Assembly (NCBI GenBank): GCA_047495785.1
Contig: JBLDXI010000009.1
Coordinates: forward strand, 3,720,001-3,784,000
Direction: 5' to 3'
From: Lepidodermella squamata
Taxonomy: Eukaryota; Animalia; Gastrotricha
Length of the DNA stretch: 64,000 bases
The position numbers were made by a program, and so were the translations under genes. Shown here one piece after another: positions 11,410 through 20,720 of the stretch (position 1 is the stretch's first letter; each line of letters starts with the position of its first letter). The notes under the pieces were generated by a model. It was not told the DNA's origin and did no database searches. It saw only the letters and a list, made by a program, of their open reading frames with translations.

Positions 11410-13281
11410 TTAAATATTAAATTCAGTGCGTGAAACATTGATGTGATTGTCAAGGCCGTAGTCACAGGCTACTTTCGTCTCGGCAGTCTTGCCAGCGTGG
11501 CGGCTCGAGTCGTTGTAGCGAATCGCGAAAATTATACCGAAAACAGCGTAGCCAAGGCAAATAGTTACGATGTAACTAATAAGGCAAATCAAGTTAAGGA
11601 CTCGAGGACGGTTTTCTTTTTCCGACATGACCGCCATGTTGCGGATTAAAGCTGCTGCAAATGTCCAAATGCCTGATACTGTCAGGAGGAAAACGTAGAA
11701 AATTGTCAGCAGGGGTATGTTCGAATTGGCTGGAACTTCGTTGTTCATTGTCTCCGTCAGCATAAAGTAGGATAACAGTACGGTGACGCATATTCCAACC
11801 TTTAAAAGCAAAATATTAGTTGTGATGAAAACTGCATGCGAGTACTGCACTGGGGAGGAAAGACAATATATAAGGGGAAAGATAAGGATTGGGAAAGTAA
11901 CAATACGAGAACGGTAGCTAGGGGGACGAATTGGGGAGGGGTGGGGAAGCATAAGGGAAGCATGGGGGAAGGGAAAAGGCAGTCCAAGCGAAATATGGGG
12001 ATGGAAAGGTGAGCAAAGTATAAGGGCGGGGATAGTACATGTAAGCATGGGAAAAAATGGTAGGGAAGATAGAAAAAGGAAAGCTATAGCATAGGCTCGA
12101 ATTAAAATGTAAAAATAAGGGGAAGGGGAGCTTTGGGGAAGTATTGGGGAGATTGGGAAATCATAGGGGAAGCATGGGGAAAAGAAAAGGAAGCCTAAGT
12201 GAACTATGGGGTAAGCAAAGGTGAAGAGTGGGGAAAATACAGGAAAGCATGGGAAAGGTAGAGAATGAATAAGGAAAGGAAAGGAAAGGAAAGGAAAGGA
12301 AAGGAAAGGAAAGGAAAGGAAAGGAAAGGAAAGGAAAGGAAAGGAAAGGAAAGGAAAGGAAAGGAAAGGAAAGGAAAGGAAAGGAAAGGAAAGGAAAGGA
12401 AAGGAAAGGAAAGGAAAGGAAAGGAAAGGAAAAAGAAAAAGAAAAAGGAAAAGCGAAATGCTAATTACCTTCTCGCCATCTGATGGTGCCGTGATGAACG
12501 CAACAGAGAACAGGGCGCTCAATAAGAAAGTTGGGCATATAATGGATGCAGCGTAATACGCCGGTCTTCTAGTCAATCGAAAATAAAATCCAATAATGGG
12601 CATTCTTTCGGTAGTGACTATCGCGTCTCGTATTGCATTCCCGTCCGCGAAACAGGCACCCGTTACTGACCATAGCGGCATGTCTTTAGCGTCCTCAGTC
12701 AAGAAAGAGAAAGAAATAGGGACAAGTTGAATGCCAGTCTTCATCAGCACGCTTCTGATGACCTCCGGGTCAGAATAATCGTTAGGCTTTAGTTTCGCAA
12801 TTGTCTCCTGAAAGTCGTTAACCTCACTGCTTCGATATAGGGAAGTTGATAGAATCAGCGAGCAATGCTGCTCGTCGAATGGGAATAACTCAACCTCCAT
12901 CGAGCATGAAATCGACGAGAAAAATCCAAGCCGCCAGAAAACGAAACCTGGCGGGAAAACACGTGCCGGTTTTTCTTTCAAATTCGCATAATTCGGATCT
13001 TCAACCGCGTTTGAAATTATTAATGTTGGGTACCAAATTTTTCGAATTTCTTCAATAACTAAAGGCAGCGAGCATTTATAGTCACTGCGGTTGTTATAGG
13101 CAAGCCGCGAATCTAGCCAATTCGCGTCTATAGCCCCAACCATGCTGACCTGTTGCGAAACCGCGTCAACTTCTGTTATCATCGCGATTGTCAGCATAAT
13201 ATTGATGACGGTTACGGCGGATGGTAGCACTGCAGTCGATGAGTTCTGGAACAGCACATTTGCCAGCTCCCCGCAATTTTC
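11410..13281 (-). CDS. Divergent Cys-loop pLGIC subunit A; signal-peptide exon not resolved
   Basis: Exons 12469-13281 and 11410-11799, intron 11800-12468. WxDxRL, IWYP, Cys-loop CSMEVELFPFDEQHC, pre-M1 RRPAYY, GEK then M2 VGICVTVLLS, four TM helices. Confidence 0.88.
   Translation of the reverse strand, partial: ENCGELANVLFQNSSTAVLPSAVTVINIMLTIAMITEVDAVSQQVSMVGAIDANWLDSRLAYNNRSDYKCSLPLVIEEIRKIWYPTLIISNAVEDPNYANLKEKPARVFPPGFVFWRLGFFSSISCSMEVELFPFDEQHCSLILSTSLYRSSEVNDFQETIAKLKPNDYSDPEVIRSVLMKTGIQLVPISFSFLTEDAKDMPLWSVTGACFADGNAIRDAIVTTERMPIIGFYFRLTRRPAYYAASIICPTFLLSALFSVAFITAPSDGEKVISISLFLFLFLFPFLSFPFLSFPFLSFPFLSFPFLSFPFLSFPFLSFPFLSFPFLSFPFLSFPFLIHSLPFPCFPVFSPLFTFAYPIVHLGFLFFSPCFPYDFPISPILPQSSPSPYFYILIRAYAIAFLFLSSLPFFPMLTCTIPALILCSPFHPHISLGLPFPFPHASLMLPHPSPIRPPSYRSRIVTFPILIFPLIYCLSSPVQYSHAVFITTNILLLKVGICVTVLLSYFMLTETMNNEVPANSNIPLLTIFYVFLLTVSGIWTFAAALIRNMAVMSEKENRPRVLNLICLISYIVTICLGYAVFGIIFAIRYNDSSRHAGKTAETKVACDYGLDNHINVSRTEFNI
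12271..12432. repeat. (GGAAA)n microsatellite, ~32 units, inside the pLGIC-A intron
   Basis: Directly visible; grades into a degenerate purine-rich tract at ~11850-12270. Confidence 0.98.
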
Positions 13282-13821
13282 CTGCAATTTTTTATAGACA
13301 TTTTTCAGGGTTTCATCTCATTCAATTCTCATTTTTAGCTGAATAACTCATTAATGCTTTCTATGGCTGTCACGATCGGGGGCTGGAAACTATTAGTCTT
13401 AAGAAAGTTCTTGAAATCCGATGTCCCCGGATGTGCTAATGCAATAAAACTAGGGCCTCGTAAGGCGAAAATCTACGACGCATCCACGTAGGTAACATTG
13501 GGCTATGACAGATTTTTGCGTGCGACGTCACTATTTCCTAATATGGCTTCATTTTTCCTATTAAGGCTATACCTCATCAGGGTTAAACAATTTGAACACT
13601 AAATAGCAGGGTGTTCTAGGATTTGTCACCCACATCGTTTTTTTTACGGGCGCGTATATCGCAGCTTGACGTGTGTATCGAAGCGTGGAAAACCCTAGCC
13701 ATGTCATAAAACATAAAACCCTACAGTTCAAAATAGCAGACACCTGCGAAAGAGGTGGACTTGCCAAGGTATAAAAGCTCCCTCGATTAAAAGATGACTC
13801 GCATTATTTTTTTCAATAGCC

Positions 13822-14282
13822 ATGAATTTCGTAGTCTCTCTAGCAGTTTTGGCGGTAATCAGGTCGTGCAAATCAGACGACGAAGTTGTGCCGCCTCTAC
13901 CTGAACCTTTGAACGTCCTAGCTGGGGCGAGAAAGGGAGATAGCAGCCCTGGTGATGCAATGGAAAAGCTAATTAAACGTGAGTCATAGCAATAATTCAA
14001 ATAAATATATTTTTTAATAATTTAATTATTTTTATAGGATGTTTTTGGGGTCTGGTGAAGCAAAGAGATAACAAGCGAGCTATGAACATGCTTCGAACGC
14101 TGCAACGGTGGCGAAAAAACAAGCGCATGGAGACGTGCATGGAACATTTGCCGGCGTCGATTTGCATGAATAACAGCCCGGACCCGTTCTACATGTGGGC
14201 TCGAGTTGCCGCGCAACGATTTTTCGAGAACAACAACAGCAACAGTAACGCTAACCATAAAATAATGCCAGCGGCTTTGTAG
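13822..14282 (+). CDS. Small secreted protein of unknown family, paralog 1 (~133 aa)
   Basis: TATAAAA at ~13770; exons 13822-13978 and 14038-14282 (phase-1 intron). MNFVVSLAVLAVIRSCKS...KRCFWGLVKQRDNKRAMNMLRTLQRWRKNKRMETCMEHLPASICMNNSPDPFYMWARVAAQRFFE... Supported by the paralog at 16677. Confidence 0.8.
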
Positions 14283-14569
14283 TGGAAAAAGTTCAGAAAT
14301 TCGCTGATTAAATTTTTGAATTTAGCTTCGTGATTTTTAGCCCTCAAGTTTGTAGTCATGATATTGAATGAAAATAAAATTTTGCGATAAACCACTGCCT
14401 ATTCTTGGAGAAAACGAAAGTTCGGAATCATCAAGTTCCAGATTGAACTTCCCAGCCTTGATATTTTTAAGCTGGAAAAAGTTTCCCGAGCCAGCTTGGT
14501 CCTATACTTTTAAATCAATTTATAATTAGGATGCTAATCTCATGATCTGACTACTAGATATACCCAAGT

Positions 14570-16390
14570 GGGCTGAATTCCTCGATAATCCCCGGAAACC
14601 GGACATGGCATGTCCGGCGTCGAAAATCGCCAAATCGAAGCCGAATAACACTGTTGGCTAAAATATAGGAATTCTACGCATTTGGAAGCCTTTTCAAGTA
14701 CCATTAACAATAACAGGGTGCTATTATCCGAATCCTATGTAAAACCCTACGGGCCTATGCAATGTTCGGTTATTTCCCATAACTACATGAAGGCTTCGAT
14801 TTTTAGCAATCAAAAATAAAAAAGTCAATTTATTTGGAATCCTGTCACTTATATTGGCGCAATAAAAGTTTCACAAGATAATTGCCATCAATCCACTTGA
14901 TGCAAAGAATCAATTTTTCTGTTATGACACCTGTCAACGACTGAGCTCTCAAAACTTCAACATCATAACAGGCTAGCAACTGCGTCCCAAAATAAAATAG
15001 CTGATTTTGAGCATTTCGTGCTTGGACAAAATGGAAATGAAGTTAAGCTATGAACCGGCACGGTGTTGCTGTTCCAAAATTCTAGTTCCAGCCTCGAGCT
15101 CCGCGCATATAATATTGAACGTTAACAAGTGAAAAGTGGGGTTTGGTGTATTTTCTGTGTTATCCAACAAATGACAAGAGGATTACTGGCATGAAGAGGG
15201 ACAGTGCTTGGAATCCTAGATGTTCTTACGAAGTTTTTCTTGAGACACGACCTCCGACCTTTGGGAGGATCCCATCCACCTACAAATTCGGGAGACCCCA
15301 AAGTGTCGCCGAAAAGGCTCATCCATCGAGGAAGCTTTAGCTTGATTCCATCAACATAGCTTCCTCACCTCAGATAACACCCAAAATATCTCGACTGCGC
15401 ATAAGATAATAATACATGAATGCGCAACGAATTATTAAGTGATGCATAAAAAACTTGATTTTTTTAAAGCGAGAATTTTTCTAAATTAGCAATTTTCACC
15501 CGCATGAACTTCGAAGCCGATTTTCTCAGCAATCCCGATGATTATCAGCCTCTTTTTGATATCACTCGACTCCTTGTTCATCGATCTAACAGGCAGTATC
15601 AGAATATCACGAATCACGATGTCAAAAATTTCGGCAAACCCTACTTTTCACTAGTTAACGGTCATTTATCAAATTAGTCGTACTCAGTTTAAATGAGGAT
15701 TCTGAATATCCGGGAATTCAATATCGCAGATCGTAGGTGGATCTAACGAGGGGTGTAGATCTACTGGCTATAGCCATACACGCTCGAGGCGAGCGATTAT
15801 CCATCGATATCCACCGCAAACAGGATATGGCGTCAAAAATTGCTAAATCCAGATATCACTGGCAAAAAATATGGCTATTATTTTACGCAATTGGAAGCCT
15901 TTTCAAAAGCAGAAATCGAGATCAACAAAAATAACTAGGCGCTGTTCTAGCCCGAATATAATCCCCCTAATGATTTACCTGGTCATTATCGGTTGTGTTC
16001 CGTGACGTCAATGAAGCTATCAGACGGCAATTTGTTTGCAATTATGTCAATCAGCATCCCAATAAAATTTTCCATATAATTGAAGGTAATTACCATCAAT
16101 TACGAAAAAATACTGGACTTTCGCATTTGTCGGTTATTAAATCTGTCAATCGCCAATCATGCAAGAACACCTGAGCTATGATTCAAAATTAAATCAGGAT
16201 AGCGACCACGTCCCATAATACAATGGCTGACTTTCGAGCATTTTTTCATGCTAGGACATGCATGAAAAAATGCTCGAAAATGCTCGACTTGATGGAAATT
16301 TTATAAAAGGAAATGTCACGCTGTTGTTGTTATAAAATTCTAGTTCAAGCCGTTCAGCTCCTCGCAAATATTTCACATAATATTTGCTAC
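14570..16390. repeat. Diverged direct duplication of a ~0.55-kb non-coding segment (~14570-15120 and ~15795-16390)
   Basis: Collinear shared blocks: TACGCAwTTGGAAGCCTTTTCAA, CCTGAGCT, CGTCCCA, GAGCATTT, AAAATTCTAGTTC. Boundaries approximate. Confidence 0.65.
15232..15345 (+). repeat. Dispersed repeat fragment; inverted copy at 34105-34230
   Basis: TTTTTCTTGAG...GGAGGnTCCCATCCACC...GGGAnACCCCAAAGTGTCGCC matches the reverse complement of 34105-34230. Confidence 0.7.
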
Positions 16391-16676
16391 ATGTCAATAT
16401 TGCGGGGAGGAAAGGCAATTTTGTGGAAAATTATTACGATTATGACTTGTCCTTAAATTCAAGCGAAACTGATCAAGTAATTAGCGGTTCGCTATTCAGT
16501 GTCTTCAGCAATAAAACATGTCATGGCTATAATATAACACGCTTCATTACGCGCCCCGGTTATCTACTTTTCACGATTGGATGGCTTTTTAGAAAGTAAT
16601 AATTGAACCCAAATAAAAGACACTGGGTTAAATAGCGAGACGATCTCGATCTGCTAGCACTTCCTTATTTTCAATC

Positions 16677-17078
16677 ATGAAATGCATCATCGGATTTCTG
16701 CTTTTAATCGCAACTTGGAGCCTTGTACTGTTGCTATGTAGGGCCAATGAAGTAGAACACGACATTTCAAAATCATCCACCAACCCAAGCACTGTTTCGA
16801 ATGAAACTTTACTGAGACGTAAGCCTTTGTCCTACTTTTTTTAATTAGTAAAATTTCAATATTTTTTAGATTATCTTCGAAAACTAATCAAGCAAAAGGA
16901 AAACGAACGAGCCCTGACTTTCTTAAGGGCCCTCAGATCATGGCGCAAAATTACCCGGTTACGAGATTGTATGACACACCTGCCAGCTACGATATGCACA
17001 AATACGAGCCCGGACCCATTTTTCATGTGGGCCCGAGTCGCCGCTCAACAATTCTACGAAGCTATTGATAAAATTTGA
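16677..17078 (+). CDS. Small secreted protein of unknown family, paralog 2 (~116 aa)
   Basis: Exons 16677-16818 and 16870-17078 (phase-1 intron). MKCIIGFLLLIATWSLVLLLCRA...HYLRKLIKQKENERALTFLRALRSWRKITRLRDCMTHLPATICTNTSPDPFFMWARVAAQQFYEAIDKI*. Absent from the ORF track. Confidence 0.82.
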
Positions 17079-17264
17079 AGACATCGGCTCAATTCGATTT
17101 TTTAGATAAAAAATTGAATTTGTTCCATACCGATTGCTGTTTCCACCTTGCTTGGAAGTCGGAAGCTGGGGCGACTGAAATAGGTAGTAGTATTGTCAGT
17201 AATAGCGGTATTATCATCATAAAGTTCTAAAAAAATTTATGAAAATAAAGCTCAATTTATTTAT

Positions 17265-18522
17265 TCAAGCAATTATTGGATTTGAGTATTCGCAACCTGG
17301 AGTTATTTCCTCGCCAATTTTCATTCCCAATATTTCACTCTGGAATAATTCATAAAAATAAGCTCGGCCTGCAAATGCTGTCACAATCGATAAGGGATAG
17401 CCTATTAAGCCAGCTCTGTTAAGCCACCGAACCAATCGAAGATCATGCTTCGACTCTGGATCTCTTTCTACGTCAAAATACCGAACTATCGCAGCGTAGA
17501 TACCAGCCAAAGTGCAGTGAACCATGACCAGTATCCAAATTTGTTGAACGTAAGGAATTTCTGACGAAACAGGGACCTGATCGGAGTATTGCTTAGTTAC
17601 TACGACTAAGGACAGGAGCATATTAGCCGCTATCGCCATTTTTTCCTCATCGTAATGTCCGACGAGAAATGTGACAGTCATTAAAATAGCAATTAATGGC
17701 AACGATGTGATGCTTATCAGGCCGTGAGCTGGTTTTCGCTCGATTTTTATGTAAAAATTCGCTGCTGGTAGAATTTTATTCGGATGGGACTGAACGCAAG
17801 CGCCTACAACCTTCCAAACAGGTAAATTGATCGACCCAGGGTCCAGGAATACAATATCGGTTGGTATGAAATCGACTGAGATGAAAATGGGAACATCTTG
17901 ATTTTTCGAATTTTCCAGAAAATAAGACGCATAGGACGGTAGGTTTAAACTGGCGTCGAGACTTCCATTTTTCACGGCTTCGGCTAATTTGTAAATCAGC
18001 GAAGATTCATAGCTCTGTGACGCGATGGTAATTAACAGATGCTGGCTGTCAAACGGGAATTTAAGCCCGGACATTTTGCTGTTCACGGTGAAGTAAAGCG
18101 GAACTTGCCAAGTCACTGTTCCATTACTTGGAAATATAATTGCCGATTTTTCCTGTGAAATGATCGAATTTTGAAATAATTATAGAAAAAGCTAATATTT
18201 TTCAGCCAACTTTCATGTTGCTGATGTCCGTGTCTCGAACCTCGTTAGCGACTAACCATTGTGGGTACCAAATCATTGATATCTCTTCAACTCGAACTGG
18301 TATGTAGCATTTTGGCTCTGTGTTATTTTTGCTGTAATTTTCCATTAGCCGCGGGTCCTGCCACGTGAAAATTAGGTAGCCAGTTAGACTAGCGACCTGG
18401 CGTAGCATTTCGATTTTGTCTATTCGAATGATGGCTAGGGTGATATTGACTCGAGTTATTGGAGCTGGCGGGATGACGTAGTTGAGTCCGAGAACTTTTT
18501 TAGCAAATTTAGTGCAAGCCAT
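17265..18522 (-). CDS. Divergent pLGIC subunit B, Cys-less loop; signal-peptide exon not resolved
   Basis: Exons 18211-18522 (preceded by a TTTCAG acceptor) and 17265-18152. WQDPRL, IWYP, loop SKMSGLKFPFDSQHL, ERKP, EEK then M2, four TM helices. Confidence 0.85.
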
Positions 18523-18931
18523 CTGAAAGACGAAGAAAATTATATAACTGGAAAATTGCTTATTTCAAATTTGCGAGTATATCTTTAAAATCTTGATGAA
18601 TTAGTACCAATAGGAAACAATAAGGAAACAAGAATTTTATAGCAATTCTGACACCTGACTCATAGGCTTTACAATTGATAGTCCAGGAAGCTTAAAATTC
18701 TGGTTTCTTTACAAATCTGCTGGCTTTGGATTTGCCCAGGTACAACCTATTTTTTAAGCTGGCATCATAGGAATCTTATGCGGATAAAATTCTGCCCAAA
18801 TTGATTTTCCAACATCACCGTGCAAATAAAGGTAGAGCCAGTTTCCTTAGATTTTTCAGTTACCTGTTCAATTGTTTCATATCTGCGAGGTTTAGTTGTA
18901 AATATGTGATCTAAAAGTCACCCGAATTCCC

Positions 18932-19406
18932 ATGGGTCCAAATATTTGCACCTCTAAAAATGAGGTTCCAGTACTAAATTTAAGCGTCCTGGCACTAAAT
19001 TCAGATTCTTTGCGATTACGCCGTTTTCCGTTTTTGATCGATGCTGATGACCTCCCTGATCCTAAGATTCTTTAGTTTAGCTAAATGGATCCCTAAGCTA
19101 CGTAGAAAAATTATCGATGTTGGGGTCCAAGACGGCTGATATCGAGAAAATCACTGATTTGTAACATCGATACTTGGAATCGATATCGGCTCTACAGGAT
19201 GAAGTATAATTCGTAAACTGACCGCTCATAGCCCGAAGTACGCGTAATATGAAAGTCTATCGGTTAGGCATGATAACAAAAAATTTGAGATTCCAGTGAA
19301 GACTAGAAACTCCAAAACCCGGATTTAGGGGAAATCTTGAGCTGGAGTCGTAAATTCAGTGCTGGAGCCCGGAATTTAGGGTGCGAACCAAGTGCGCGGT
19401 TCCCAT
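18932..19406. mobile_element. Degenerate MITE-like element
   Basis: Left ATGGG...GCACCTCTAAAAATGAGGTTCCAGTACTAAATT versus reverse complement of right ATGGG...GCACCCCTAAATTCCGGGCTCCAGCACTGAATT. Short internal subrepeats. Confidence 0.45.
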
Positions 19407-20720
19407 CTATGAACGATCGGAAAATGCGCCTGGTTTTAAACTGGGTTGGGGTTCTTATAAGCCGATTCTGAAATTTTGGAATCGAGGGCAGTTCTAGTTT
19501 CTTCTTTAAGATTGGGATTTCATATTACCTGTTGGGAGTTCCAAATGATGCTCGACTCCGAGAATGGCTTGTAAGCTGCCAGCAGAATTACGCAAGCCAG
19601 AGTCTTCCAAGTCATATTCGCAATTTCAAGTTCGTAATCTCCCACTTTTCAGATAACTTTTACAAAAAGAACTCACTCACGCACATGAAGATGCTTTGCC
19701 ACCTCAAATATTTATTTTCAATTTTTTCTTCATTTGCCAACCATCGCAACAAGTTTTTAACACTGCGACGGTAATAAAGTGTTCATTCAAAAAATTGATA
19801 CATAACATTGGAGACGAAATGCCGATACATTATATATTATAATAATAATACTCATCGATATTAACAATACACGTATAAACCAAACAGAAATCGTAAAAAA
19901 ATCAAGATGATATATAATACAATTAAATTACACAAGTGTTTGTATTCAATTATCGCACGATATTGAAACTACAGGCTTCGCTTCAGATTGTCACCTGAGC
20001 AGTTTCAACAAAATGCTTCTGAATTTTGATTTCTCCTCCGTGATATTCCTCGTGATGATGACCGAAAAAATAAGACTAGTTTTACACATCAATTGCGATA
20101 CATGCCCTTAGTATTAAAGCTACAATATATTTACAAGCATTTTTATAACAATTATTACCATGGCAGGTAAAAAAAACTCAAATTGAAGGCGTGTGTAGCT
20201 CGTTGGAGGCAACAAAAATTGAAAAATTATGAGGATTAAAAGAGCAACACGGTGACATGATCCTTTAAGCAACGCGGCATATTTATCATCATTACACCTA
20301 GGTATTATTTTTTTAAAGAGTTTTTGACGATACAACAAACAATAGAAGACCTAAACTGAAAACTAAATATAAGCGGCTTTTTCTCCTTAGCAAAAAAATC
20401 AACGTTCAATCACAGCAAAATAATCGAAAAAAATCCCAGCCATTTCTTAAGGTGTATTAAAGCTACGACGAAATTGATGATGATGAACAAATAATTTCTG
20501 TACAAAATGAGCTTCGGACAAGAGATAGAGGAGAGAGCGAGATAAGAAAGCCAATCATTTATTCGCTACCAATGATTCGTATCTATCGTCTTTTTTTAAG
20601 CAGAGCTGAAATTTGGGACACAAGTGAGGAAGATTTTTTCCGCAAAAAAACTATCATCTTATTTTTTCAATATTAAGGGCCTAAATTTCAGCTCTAAGAT
20701 TTTTTTCTATAACAAATAAT

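Noticed and set aside
12265-12483. ORF of repeated KERKG
   Set aside because: Translation of the (GGAAA)n microsatellite on the strand opposite an intron.
14120-14170. Elevenin or Gla-domain identity for the secreted proteins
   Set aside because: Only the C-x8-C spacing matches elevenin; its FxPxCRG-type motif is absent, and the Glu-rich Gla pattern is absent.
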